From Candidatus Calditenuis fumarioli (GTDB lineage: Archaea > Thermoproteota > Nitrososphaeria_A > Caldarchaeales > Calditenuaceae), in contig JANVYR010000002.1 in NCBI GenBank assembly GCA_030059665.1, forward strand, positions 64,001-128,000: a stretch of DNA of 64,000 nt. Direction: 5' to 3'. Of this stretch, positions 16,410 through 25,975 are shown piece by piece. A model generated the notes under the pieces. That model was not told the origin of the DNA, made no database searches, and was given only the letters and a program-made list of their open reading frames with translations. The translations under genes were made by a program, and so were the position numbers. How positions within the stretch are numbered: the first letter of the stretch is position 1; each line of letters opens with the position of its first letter.

Positions 16410-17659
16410 GGGCAAGAGACCTCCGAATCGGCTACGGCAGGAGGGTCGTGCTCGAGGACGTCTCGCTCGAGATAGAGCCCGGGACTCTGACGCTCGTCGT
16501 CGGCCCCAACGCTGCGGGCAAGTCGACGCTCCTGAGGTCGCTCGCAGGTATACTCAGGCCGCTGGGCGGCTCGGTCCTGATCGATGGCAGGGAGGTGCAC
16601 CGGATGAGGAGCAGGGAGAGGGCCAGGTCGATCGGCGTCGTCCTCACCGGAAGGCCCCAGCTCTCGGAGATGACGGTGGAGGAGGTGGTGGGCATGGGGA
16701 GGTATCCGTGGACAGGTGCGCTCCACATCCTCTCCCGCAGGGACAGGGAGGTCGTTGAGTGGGCGATGGAGGTGACGGGGACGTCGCACCTGAGGGGTAG
16801 AAGGATCTCCGAGCTCAGCGACGGCCAGCTTCAGCGCGTGCTCATCGCCAGGGCCCTCGCGCAGGAGCCGAGGTACCTGATCCTCGACGAGCCAACGACC
16901 CACCTCGATGCACCCTCGAGGATAGAGGTGATGAGGCTCCTGAGGGACCTCGCCCACGGGCACGGCGTTGCTGTCGTCGCCTCGACGCACGAGCTCGAGC
17001 TGGCCCTCCGCTTCGCCGACAGGGTCGTCATGGTCTCCTCGGGATCCATGAAGGTCTACGAGCGTCCGGAGGAGGCCGTGCAGGACCCGGAGTTCCTGAA
17101 GGCGTTCTCCGTCGGAGACGCGGTCACCCTCTCACCGGTCACGCTGTCGCTCGAGGTGATGGCCCGACGCGATGAGGGAGCTCCCAGGGCTTTCGTGGTC
17201 TCCGGCGCGGGCACCGGACCCCCGGTCTTCAGGGCGCTGTTGCGGAGGGGTTTCAGCGTGGCCGCTGGAGTTCTGCACCGGAACGACGTCGACTACCACG
17301 TCGCCACCTCGCTCGGCCTCGAGGTCGTGGGTGAGCGGCCCTACTTCCCGATATCTGACGAGGCGCTGCGGGCTGCCGTCGAGCTGGCGGCCTCCTCGGA
17401 CCTGATCGTCTTCACCTATCCGCCCATCGGTCCCCTGAACTCCGGGAACCTCAGGCTGGTCGAGGAGCTGGTGGAGAGGGGCCTCGAGGTCTACGGGGTC
17501 GGCGCCGATGAGGCCTACGGGGTTCCGGGCGTGAGGTTCGTCGGCTCGGTAGACGAGGTTCCGCTTATCCGGGAAAGGCGGATATCCGTCGCGGCCCGAC
17601 GTGGGGTGTGGTCAGGGACCCGCTGTACAAGTTCTTCGCGGACGTCCAGCGCGTTTTAG
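16406..17659 (+). CDS. FecE/BtuD-type ABC ATPase with extra C-terminal domain
   Basis: GPNAAGKST, LSDGQLQR, ILDEPTTHLD; GTG start overlaps the permease stop. Confidence 0.9.
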   Translation: MRARDLRIGYGRRVVLEDVSLEIEPGTLTLVVGPNAAGKSTLLRSLAGILRPLGGSVLIDGREVHRMRSRERARSIGVVLTGRPQLSEMTVEEVVGMGRYPWTGALHILSRRDREVVEWAMEVTGTSHLRGRRISELSDGQLQRVLIARALAQEPRYLILDEPTTHLDAPSRIEVMRLLRDLAHGHGVAVVASTHELELALRFADRVVMVSSGSMKVYERPEEAVQDPEFLKAFSVGDAVTLSPVTLSLEVMARRDEGAPRAFVVSGAGTGPPVFRALLRRGFSVAAGVLHRNDVDYHVATSLGLEVVGERPYFPISDEALRAAVELAASSDLIVFTYPPIGPLNSGNLRLVEELVERGLEVYGVGADEAYGVPGVRFVGSVDEVPLIRERRISVAARRGVWSGTRCTSSSRTSSAF

Positions 17660-18225
17660 CGAGATCCGTCGAGCTGAGGCACCTGCACCTCGCAGACGGC
17701 ATCAGGGTGTGCGCGATCGACGCCTCCTACTCGGAGAACCGGGTGCGGGTGGGAGCGGTTCTGTGGGAGCTGCCGTCGATGACCGCGCTCGAGGAGGTCC
17801 GGTTCTCGGGCACCACGCACTTCCCCTACATTCCCGGCCTGTTCTACCTGAGGGAGGGGCCCTTCGCGGCCGAGGCCTTCAGGCGCCTCTCGGTGAGGCC
17901 TGACCTACTGCTCCTAGAGGGCCACGGCGTAGCTCATCCCAGGAGGGCAGGCCTCGCCTCGATCGTCGGTTTGGTGACCGGTACGCCCGCCGTGGGCATC
18001 GCGAAGCGTCTCCTCTGCGGCACCGTCGTATGGGGGGAGGGTGGCAGAGGATGGGTCGAGCTGAAGGGGGAGCGCGTGGGGGTCGCCTACAGGGTCGGTA
18101 CGAGGGTCTACTACCTGTCCCCGGGGCACATGACGGACCTCGAGACTTTGCTGGAGCTGCTGGACCTCACCGGAGGTAGGCCCCACGAGCTGGTCAGGAG
18201 GGCCCACGAGCTCTCGCGGTCATGA
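17608..18225 (+). CDS. nfi: Endonuclease V
   Basis: AIDASY, FPYIPGLFYLREGP, LLLEGHGVAHPRRAGLAS, GIAK. Confidence 0.92.
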   Translation: MVRDPLYKFFADVQRVLARSVELRHLHLADGIRVCAIDASYSENRVRVGAVLWELPSMTALEEVRFSGTTHFPYIPGLFYLREGPFAAEAFRRLSVRPDLLLLEGHGVAHPRRAGLASIVGLVTGTPAVGIAKRLLCGTVVWGEGGRGWVELKGERVGVAYRVGTRVYYLSPGHMTDLETLLELLDLTGGRPHELVRRAHELSRS

Positions 18226-19188
18226 TCCAGCGGCCGGTATGCGCGGCTTGACTAGGCCCAGCTTCACGCCCTCGACGAACCTGATCGCCTCGAGCGCGGC
18301 CATGCACCCGAACCCCGCCGCGGTCACCGCCTGCCGGTACCTCTTGTCGTGGACGTCGCCGGCCGCGAAGACGCCATCCACGCTCGTCTTCACCAGGTCG
18401 CGTGTGACGATGTAGCCCTCCTCGTCCAGCTCCAGCCAGCCCTTGAAGACCTCCGTTGCCGGCGCGTGCCCTATCGCGATGAAGACCGCCTCGCACGGGA
18501 TCACGCTCACCTCTCCCGTCTTCAGGTTCCTCACCCTCACGCCGGTCACCCGGTCCTCTCCGAGGATCTCCTCGACGACGCTGTCCCAGACGAAGGTGAT
18601 CTTCGGGTTGGCGAAGGCCCGCTCCTGGAGGGCCTTCGATGCCCTGAGCCTGTCCCTCCTGTGGATCACAGTCACCTTCTCTGCGAGGTTGGCGCAGAAG
18701 AGGGCGTACTCCATCGCGCTGTCACCCCCTCCCACCACGACCATGTTCTTCGCGCCCCGGAAGAGCGGCGCGTCGCACGTCGCACACCCGGAGACCCCCC
18801 TCCCCATAAGACGCCTCTCCGACTCGAGCCCGAGCCATTTGGACGCTGCACCGGTTGCCACGATGATCGAGAGCGTCCTGTACTCCTGGCTGCCGGTCCG
18901 GACGACGTACGGGTAGGTCGAGAGGTCGACGCCCGTCACCTCGTCGTAGACCACCTCAGCCCCTGCCCTCTCCGCCTGCTCCCTCATCCTGTCCATCAGC
19001 TCAGGTCCCATGATGCCCTCCGGGAAGCCGGGGAAGTTCTCGACGAGCGTGGTGAGCATCAGCTGGCCCCCAGGTGTGACGCCCGCGATCAGCAGCGTCT
19101 TCATCCCTCCCCTCGCGGCGTAGATCGCTGCCGTGCAGCCAGCAGGTCCTGAACCTATGACCACGACGTCGTAGACCTCCTGCTCCAT
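18220..19188 (-). CDS. trxB: Thioredoxin reductase
   Basis: VIGSGPAG, CATCD, VGGGDSAMEYA, GVFAAGDV. Confidence 0.95.
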   Translation of the reverse strand: MEQEVYDVVVIGSGPAGCTAAIYAARGGMKTLLIAGVTPGGQLMLTTLVENFPGFPEGIMGPELMDRMREQAERAGAEVVYDEVTGVDLSTYPYVVRTGSQEYRTLSIIVATGAASKWLGLESERRLMGRGVSGCATCDAPLFRGAKNMVVVGGGDSAMEYALFCANLAEKVTVIHRRDRLRASKALQERAFANPKITFVWDSVVEEILGEDRVTGVRVRNLKTGEVSVIPCEAVFIAIGHAPATEVFKGWLELDEEGYIVTRDLVKTSVDGVFAAGDVHDKRYRQAVTAAGFGCMAALEAIRFVEGVKLGLVKPRIPAAGS

Positions 19189-19334
19189 GCCGGATTGCTT
19201 CACCGAACGCTCGGTATTTGTGATTGTCTGGGTTACGGTGGATTCGACTCGATGGGCCATCGCTGTCCGGTCAGCGTCCCTGCGCTCGGAGTTGGCACGA
19301 GATTGATATGTGTCGATGGAGTTGGGAGCTCGGG

Positions 19335-20309
19335 ATGCCGCCGGTCAGATGCGCCAGGTGCGGTGCCGAGGACGCCCGGTACCACATCTCCTTCGCGAGG
19401 ACCTCCCTCTGCGCAGCGTGCTACGTGAGATACTACGAGCGGAAGCTCAAGGCGACGGTCCTGAAGTACGGGATGCTGAAGGTGATGAGGAGACCGCTCG
19501 TCGCCCTCTCCGGCGGCAAGGACAGCACCTCTGCTCTGGTCGGTCTGAAATCGGTCTTCCCGGACCTCGAGGTCACGGCGCTGTACATCGACCTGGGGAT
19601 TCCGGGGTATTCGGAGGAGTCGGAGCGCGTGGTCAGGAAGGTGACCGATGAGCTGGGCGTGGAGCTCATCGTTCACAGGCTCAAAAACGACGGCCGCACC
19701 GTCCCGGAGCTCGCGAGGGGGAGGTTCAAACGCAAGCCCTGCGCCATCTGCGGAACCGTCAAGCGCTACGTGATGAACAAAATCGCCATCGAGACGGGCC
19801 ACGACACGGTGGTGACCGGTCACAACCTGGACGACACGGTGGAGGTCCTTTTCGAGCTGTACAGGAGGGGGCTCCTGGAGGAGGCCGTGAGGCTGAGGCC
19901 AGTACTGCTCGGAGACGGCGTCAGGCTCACAAACCGCGTCAAGCCGCTCTTCGAGATGACGGACGAGGAGGACCTCTACTACGTCGACGCCAAGGGCATA
20001 GAGGTCGTCGAGAGCTGGTGTCCGCTCGTCAGGGGCGCGAAGACCGTCTCCAGGAAGGTCCTGATCCACGAGATCGAGTCGAAGATCCCAGGGTTCAGGC
20101 ACACGCTGCTGAAGGCCCACGTGAAGCGCTTCCTGCCGGTCCTGGAGCGGGCGATCTCCCAGCCGGAGCTGAAGAGGTGCGCCGTCTGCGGCTACCCGAC
20201 CACGTCCGATGTCTGCAGCTACTGCAGGGCCATGAGACCGGTTACGCTGAAGCGTGACGTCGGGAGTTCCGGGGCCGGAGCGTCGAACGGCGAAGAGGGG
20301 CTCAGGTGA
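19335..20309 (+). CDS. tRNA 2-thiolation protein (TtuA/Ncs6 family)
   Basis: N- and C-terminal Zn fingers, PP-loop SGGKDS, CAIC, TGHNLDD. Confidence 0.9.
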   Translation: MPPVRCARCGAEDARYHISFARTSLCAACYVRYYERKLKATVLKYGMLKVMRRPLVALSGGKDSTSALVGLKSVFPDLEVTALYIDLGIPGYSEESERVVRKVTDELGVELIVHRLKNDGRTVPELARGRFKRKPCAICGTVKRYVMNKIAIETGHDTVVTGHNLDDTVEVLFELYRRGLLEEAVRLRPVLLGDGVRLTNRVKPLFEMTDEEDLYYVDAKGIEVVESWCPLVRGAKTVSRKVLIHEIESKIPGFRHTLLKAHVKRFLPVLERAISQPELKRCAVCGYPTTSDVCSYCRAMRPVTLKRDVGSSGAGASNGEEGLR

Positions 20310-20769
20310 GGACGAACCGGTACTCCGACTTCACGACCCTAGTGGTGATCATGACGTTCATCTCCCTCACGCCGTCCATCTTCCTGAACTCCTCTATCCT
20401 CGAGTGGAGGTCCTGTATGTCCCTCGCGAAGACCACCGCGATCAGGTCCCATTCGCCGCTGAGCTGGTAGATGTTGGTCACGTCCCTCATCGAGGAGAGC
20501 CTCTCCAGCAGCTGGTCCACCCTCTTCGGATCGACCTTGAACATCACCGCGGCCGAGACGTTGAGGCCCAGCGCCCTCGGATCGACCAGCGCCGTGAAGC
20601 GCCTGATCACGCCGAGCCTCAGGAGCCTCTCGATGCGGTACCTGATCGTGTTCTCAGGCTGGTTCAGCCTCTTCGCCAGCTCCGATGCGGGCATCCTCCC
20701 GTCCTCCTGCAGGTGCGAGATGATCTTGAGGTCCAGCTCGTCCAGCCTCGGCGGCCTCCTCCCCTCCAT
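20302..20769 (-). CDS. Lrp/AsnC family transcriptional regulator
   Basis: LDELDLKIISHLQEDGR HTH; LSGEWDLI RAM domain. Confidence 0.92.
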   Translation of the reverse strand: MEGRRPPRLDELDLKIISHLQEDGRMPASELAKRLNQPENTIRYRIERLLRLGVIRRFTALVDPRALGLNVSAAVMFKVDPKRVDQLLERLSSMRDVTNIYQLSGEWDLIAVVFARDIQDLHSRIEEFRKMDGVREMNVMITTRVVKSEYRFVLT

Positions 20770-20824
20770 CCCCACGCGGGTCGTTTCAGTACTGGATTAA
20801 TAGCGTGTACGGCGTCGATCGGTG

Positions 20825-22645
20825 ATGGCGCAGCACGGTTCCGGGAGGCTCGGGGTTCTGACCATCGAGGGCGATGAGGGCTGGTCCGTCGCGGAGCTCC
20901 GGGAAGCGCTCGGCAGGCGAGGCGTCGTGGTCGAGTCGATCAGGTCCCCGGAAGAGCTTCCGTCGGTCGCTGGCCGAAGCGGTACGGTCCTGGTGGTGAC
21001 GGGCCCGAGGTCTGCTATTGGACTCGGCGAGGTCCTGAGGGAGCTGCTCTCGCACAGGCCTAGCGCGGTCCTCTTGGCCCTCGACCGTCACCTGATGCAC
21101 GAGCTCGAGGTCCCGCTCCCGCGCCGGCAGGTCATCGGCTTCAGGGCCTTCCAGGGTGCTAGGGGGAGGACTTCGGTCGAGCTTTCGGCGGGCTCCGATG
21201 TGCCTGGCGAGGTGCTCGACTCGGTTACCTCGCTGCTCCGGGCAGCCGGCATCAACGCCCTCCAGCTCCGAGGAGCGGATCCGGGACCCGTGGCTCCCAG
21301 GGTAGTCGCGGCCTATGCGGCCCAAGCGGGCGCGCTGATCAGGGACGGTGAGCCTCCCGAGGCGGTGGAGGCCGCTGCGGTCCACCGGCTCTGCTTCGGC
21401 CTCGGCCCGATCGGAGCTGTCAGGTCCTTCGGTCGCGAGCGGCTGGAAGAGGCGCTGAGGGTATCCGAGAGGTCAGGGGACGCGGCCGAAGGTCTGGACG
21501 TGATGAGGGATCTCCTCGGGGATTCGGATTCGGCGGCGGTCCCGGATCCGGTACCTCCGGTCGATCGGATGTGGTCGGTCGACTCGGCCCTCCTCCTGGC
21601 AGGCGTCGTGGGCGAGCTCTCGCTCCTTGCCTCCGAGATCGGCGTGGACCGCGCTGAGCTGGACACCTACGTCAGGGACCTGCTCGGCTCCCCTGTTGGC
21701 CCGCTGGCGTACGCCGACCTGCTGGGCCTCGATGCGATCGCGCAATCCCTGCGGCGCGGTCCAGTCCCTTCGAGGTGGGAGCGGGGCCTGAAACCGCTGA
21801 TCGAGCGGGGAGAGCTGGGAGCGAAGTCCGGCAGGGGCTTCCTCAGGTGGCACGTCGAGCTGGCCGAGGAGGGCAAGGTGCGGTACGAGCTGCGGGGGGC
21901 CTACGCGCTGATCACGCTTTCCAGACCCGAGAGGCTCAACGCCCTCGACGAGGGGATGTGGAGGGGGCTGCGCTCGGCGCTCAGGAGGGCCAACGGCGAC
22001 GACCGGGTGAGGGCAGTCCTCGTCAAAGGCGAGGGGAGAGCCTTCTCCGCGGGAGACGACATAGCGATGATGGCGGCTTGGAAGGGCTTCGGCGATGCGA
22101 AGGCGTGGCACGACGAGCTGCTGATGCCGCTTCTCAGGGAGCTTTTGGAGCACAGTAAGCCCCTGATAGCGCTCGTGGACGGCATAGCCTTCGGCGGGGG
22201 CTGCGAGCTGCTGCTCGGGTTCGACGTCGTCGTGGCCAGCGAGCGGTCGCTCTTCTCCGTCCCCGAGGTCCTGATAGGAGCCATCCCCCCGATCGCATCG
22301 AGCCTCGGACCCGCTTTCTTGGGCAGGAAGATCGCGAGGTATGCCCTGACGGGCGAGTGGATGACGGCCGATCAGGCCAGGGAGCTGGGGATAGTCGACG
22401 TGGTGGTCCACCACAGCCAGCTGGAGCAGGTCGGGGTCGAGTTCGTGGTGAAGGTGATCAGGTCGTCGCCGCAGTCGATACGCTCCGTCAAGGAGGTGAT
22501 CGCCGCGTTCCGGTCAACGCAATGGCCGCTGCTGGCGCTCGGAGCCAACAGGCTCGTCTCGCTCGCTTCCACAGAGGAGTTCAGGGAGGGAATGGAAGCC
22601 TTTCTGGGCAGACGTAGCCCTCGATGGTTCCTCGGCAAGAAGTGA
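20825..22645 (+). CDS. Fusion of a degenerate 3-hydroxyacyl-CoA dehydrogenase and an enoyl-CoA hydratase
   Basis: GPLAYADLLGLD, GELGAKSGRGF, LSRPERLNAL, AFSAGDDI, FGGGCEL, PEVLIGAIP. Confidence 0.8.
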   Translation: MAQHGSGRLGVLTIEGDEGWSVAELREALGRRGVVVESIRSPEELPSVAGRSGTVLVVTGPRSAIGLGEVLRELLSHRPSAVLLALDRHLMHELEVPLPRRQVIGFRAFQGARGRTSVELSAGSDVPGEVLDSVTSLLRAAGINALQLRGADPGPVAPRVVAAYAAQAGALIRDGEPPEAVEAAAVHRLCFGLGPIGAVRSFGRERLEEALRVSERSGDAAEGLDVMRDLLGDSDSAAVPDPVPPVDRMWSVDSALLLAGVVGELSLLASEIGVDRAELDTYVRDLLGSPVGPLAYADLLGLDAIAQSLRRGPVPSRWERGLKPLIERGELGAKSGRGFLRWHVELAEEGKVRYELRGAYALITLSRPERLNALDEGMWRGLRSALRRANGDDRVRAVLVKGEGRAFSAGDDIAMMAAWKGFGDAKAWHDELLMPLLRELLEHSKPLIALVDGIAFGGGCELLLGFDVVVASERSLFSVPEVLIGAIPPIASSLGPAFLGRKIARYALTGEWMTADQARELGIVDVVVHHSQLEQVGVEFVVKVIRSSPQSIRSVKEVIAAFRSTQWPLLALGANRLVSLASTEEFREGMEAFLGRRSPRWFLGKK

Positions 22646-22709
22646 GTCGCCTCAATAAGTTGGGTCGGACAAAACCCGAGAAGCCGGCCTCAGCTCCTGT
22701 GGGGAGCTA

Positions 22710-24008
22710 TCACTTGCCGAACTTGGTGATCTCGCGCACTATTCCGGCGCCGATCGTCATGCCCATGTCCCTGAGCGCGAACCGCCCGAGCTGCGGGAAC
22801 TCGCTGTAGGGCTCGAGGGCCACCGGCTTGAGCGGCTGCAGCCTGACCACCGCGGCGTCTCCGGTCCTCAGGAACTGCGGGTTCTTCTCGACTACCTGAC
22901 CGGTCCTCGGGTCGATCTTGGCCTCGAGCTCGACGAACTTCACAGCGGTCTGGGCCGTGTGGATGTGCATCACCGGCGTGTATCCGACCGAGATCGCGGT
23001 GGGATGGTTGATTATGATGATCTGGGCCCTGAACTCCTCCGCGACCTTGCACGGGTTGTCGGGGTGGCTGACCACCATACCCCTGGCCAGCTGGTTCTTC
23101 TCGACGCCCTTCAGGTTGAATCCTATGTTGTCGCCGGGGACTGCCTGCTGGAGCGGGGTGTGGTGCATCTCGATGCTCTTGACCTCTGCCCTGAGGCCCC
23201 CGGGCATTATCACGACCTGGTCTCCAGGCCTCAGCACGCCGGTCTCCACCCTGCCGACGGGTACGGTCCCCACTCCCTTAATCGAGTAGACGGCCTGTAT
23301 CGGTATCCTGAGCGGTTTGTCGATCGGCTTCGGAGGCTCCTGGAGCATGTCCAGCGCCTCGAGGAACGTCGGTCCCGTGTACCACGGCATGTTCTTGCTC
23401 CGCTCGACGAGGTTGTCGCCCGTCCACCCCGAGACGGGGATGAAGGGCACCTTGGAGGGGTCGACGCCGAGCTGCTTCAGGAGGGCCGAGACGCCCTGCT
23501 TAACCTCCTCGTACCTCTCCTTGGACCAGTTGACGGTCGGGTCGTCCATCTTGTTAACCAGGACTATCAGCTGCCTGATGCCGAGCATGTAGGTCAAGAA
23601 CAGGTGCTCCCTCGCCTGACCACCTGGCCCTATCGCGACCTCGTACTCTCCCTTCTTAGCCGATATGACCAGGACCGCGGCATCGGCCTGAGAGGCACCG
23701 GTTATCATGTTCTTCACGAAGTCCCTGTGGCCCGGCGCGTCGATGATGGTGAAGAAGTTCTTCTTCGTCTCGAACTTGGTGTAGCTCGTGGTTATCGTCA
23801 GCCCCCTCTCCCTCTCCTCCTTCACCGTGTCCATGATGAAGGCGTAGACGAAGGTCTCCTTTCCGAGCCTCTTGGCCTCCTCCTCCAGCTGCTTCAGCTG
23901 CCTCTCGTCGATGGACCCGTTGAGCACCAGGAAGTGGCCTACGGTCGTCGATTTGCCGTGGTCGACGTGCCCTATCACGATCAGGTTGATGTGCGGCTTC
24001 CCGGACAT
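22710..24008 (-). CDS. tuf: Translation elongation factor 1-alpha
   Basis: GHVDHGKST, DAPGHRDFVKNMITGASQAD, NKMD, LGRFALRDMG. Confidence 0.98.
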   Translation of the reverse strand: MSGKPHINLIVIGHVDHGKSTTVGHFLVLNGSIDERQLKQLEEEAKRLGKETFVYAFIMDTVKEERERGLTITTSYTKFETKKNFFTIIDAPGHRDFVKNMITGASQADAAVLVISAKKGEYEVAIGPGGQAREHLFLTYMLGIRQLIVLVNKMDDPTVNWSKERYEEVKQGVSALLKQLGVDPSKVPFIPVSGWTGDNLVERSKNMPWYTGPTFLEALDMLQEPPKPIDKPLRIPIQAVYSIKGVGTVPVGRVETGVLRPGDQVVIMPGGLRAEVKSIEMHHTPLQQAVPGDNIGFNLKGVEKNQLARGMVVSHPDNPCKVAEEFRAQIIIINHPTAISVGYTPVMHIHTAQTAVKFVELEAKIDPRTGQVVEKNPQFLRTGDAAVVRLQPLKPVALEPYSEFPQLGRFALRDMGMTIGAGIVREITKFGK

Positions 24009-24135
24009 CTCGTCTCGGGTCGAGCTATCCCTTGGAAATATATAACCTCAAAACCATACCGAGCGCGGAGCTCGGAGCAGGGTGAGAACCTCCCAAGAAA
24101 TCGGGAACCGAGCGGGGAATCGGACCGCGGTGATC

Positions 24136-25827
24136 TCAGTACGGGAACCTCCTCCTGCGCCCGAGAACCAGCGAAGCTCCCAGCAGGGCCGCGATCACGG
24201 CCAGAAGCGCCGGCACGACGTAGGTCGATACTGGCTCGGCGAAGTACTGGGTCGAGGTGGTCGTGGTGCTGAGGGTCGTGGTGGTCGATTGGGTCAGGGT
24301 TGTGGTCGTTGAGTAGGTCGTGGAGTAGGTAGTTGACTGGGTGATCGTCGTCGTCTCGGTCCTGGTGGTGCTCTGCGTCTGGGTGACTGTAACGGTCACA
24401 GAGCCGGTTGAGGTGGTGAAATGGGTGGACGTCTGGGTGATGGTCGTGGTCCTGACGTCGAAGACGGTGGTCGTCGACCCTACAACTGAGGTGACGGTTG
24501 TGGAGAGGGTCGCGGTCGTGAGCGCGGTGCTGGTGGTCGTTGTTGCCACCACTATGTTGTCCGGGCAGAACCAGCTGTAGAAAGCATCGCCCGCTGCGGG
24601 CGAGTTGAAGGTAGGCGTGAACCCGGTCGCTGTTGTTGGCGGGAAGGCCGGCGTGATCGAGAGCGGGGCTATTGAGGGCGTCGGAGAGGCTATCGTGAAG
24701 CTCAGCGTCCCCGTCGTCAAACCGTCGAGCACGGCGTAGAATGCGGGCCAGTTGTCGCTGAACCCGGCGTAGATCAGGCACGATCCGGTGGAGGCCGAGT
24801 CCTGTGCGATCTGAGCGGAGGCGTCCCTTGCGAGGACGAAGGCGTGCGATAGCTCTCCGTCTGATGGTCGAACTGCGATGAGTGCCGCGTCCGCTGAGCC
24901 GAAGACGTCGGTCCTTCCGACGCCGTAGATCAAACCTCCGACGACCGAGACGGACACCGGATCTTCAAAGGATGGGGTGCCGACCGTCTTCGCGAACTCG
25001 AGGTTCAGGGTTGCAGCATCCAGCTTCATGAACAGGAAGTCTCGATTTCCTGAGATTTCGTAAGCGGCTACCACGTACACCTTGCCCCCAACGACCGCAA
25101 TGCCCCTTCCTTCCTCGATCTGGGAGGTTGCGAACGTCCTGGACAGCTCGTGGTTTCCCGATCCCGCGTCGAACCTAGACACGAAGACGTCTCCGGTCTC
25201 GGTCCTTCCGGTGACGTAGAGCTTGCCCCCTGCGAGGGCCACCGAGTTGGCGAAGTCGTTACCGCTTGTTACCCTGAAGAATTTCGTCCATACCACGGAG
25301 AAGTCCGCGGTCCGCACGGCCATCACGAACGGTGCGTCTGCTGCTTTTCCGACAACGTAGAGGACGCTGCCGTCATCGCTCACCGCGATGTCTCCCGGAA
25401 TATCTGATGACTCGATGTCGTACACCGCTGCGCCAAGCACGTTGCAGTTCGTGTCGAACTTGACCAGCAGCACGTTGGGTGGGTTCGGACCGAAGTTCGT
25501 GTCTCCCAGCGCGTACACGTTCCCTCCTCCGACGGCCACCTTCCAACCGCGCTCGAAGATGCCGCTTCCGAGGTCGACGGCGACGCTGCACCTGTGCAAG
25601 TTGTCGGAGAGCCTGAAGATCGAGAGGAAGAGGTTTGGTGTGTTGGGGCCGAAGCTCTGGGTCTCGCCAACCACGTAGATGTTGCTGGAGTCTACCGCAA
25701 TCCCCCTCGCGAAATCAGGGTTTGATCCGCCGAAGAGCTGCCTGAACGTCACGAGCTCTGCGTCGACTACCGCGAGCTGCGCCGTCAGGAGCGCCATCAG
25801 GACCAGCAGCAGCCACGCTTTCCCCAT
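24136..25827 (-). CDS. Secreted beta-propeller (SBBP-like repeat) surface protein with Thr-rich stalk and C-terminal membrane anchor
   Basis: Signal peptide; repeats such as DFARGIAVDSSNIYVVGETQS; about 100-aa Thr-rich tract; TM followed by RRRR. Confidence 0.8.
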   Translation of the reverse strand: MGKAWLLLVLMALLTAQLAVVDAELVTFRQLFGGSNPDFARGIAVDSSNIYVVGETQSFGPNTPNLFLSIFRLSDNLHRCSVAVDLGSGIFERGWKVAVGGGNVYALGDTNFGPNPPNVLLVKFDTNCNVLGAAVYDIESSDIPGDIAVSDDGSVLYVVGKAADAPFVMAVRTADFSVVWTKFFRVTSGNDFANSVALAGGKLYVTGRTETGDVFVSRFDAGSGNHELSRTFATSQIEEGRGIAVVGGKVYVVAAYEISGNRDFLFMKLDAATLNLEFAKTVGTPSFEDPVSVSVVGGLIYGVGRTDVFGSADAALIAVRPSDGELSHAFVLARDASAQIAQDSASTGSCLIYAGFSDNWPAFYAVLDGLTTGTLSFTIASPTPSIAPLSITPAFPPTTATGFTPTFNSPAAGDAFYSWFCPDNIVVATTTTSTALTTATLSTTVTSVVGSTTTVFDVRTTTITQTSTHFTTSTGSVTVTVTQTQSTTRTETTTITQSTTYSTTYSTTTTLTQSTTTTLSTTTTSTQYFAEPVSTYVVPALLAVIAALLGASLVLGRRRRFPY

Positions 25828-25975
25828 GGCGGTTAGAGCCGCGCACGTTCGTGATTTAGCCTTTGACGTTCCAAGCCGCAATAGAATTCCAACGTATCAC
25901 GTACGTCAATCGCTACGTTCCTCCGGACCGCTTCGGCGCTTCACGAGCGGGATAGACCGCGGCCGCTCCAGGACC

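Noticed and set aside
24250-24550. Repetitive GTGGTC/GTCGT tracts
   Set aside because: Explained by Thr codons of the surface protein stalk on the minus strand.
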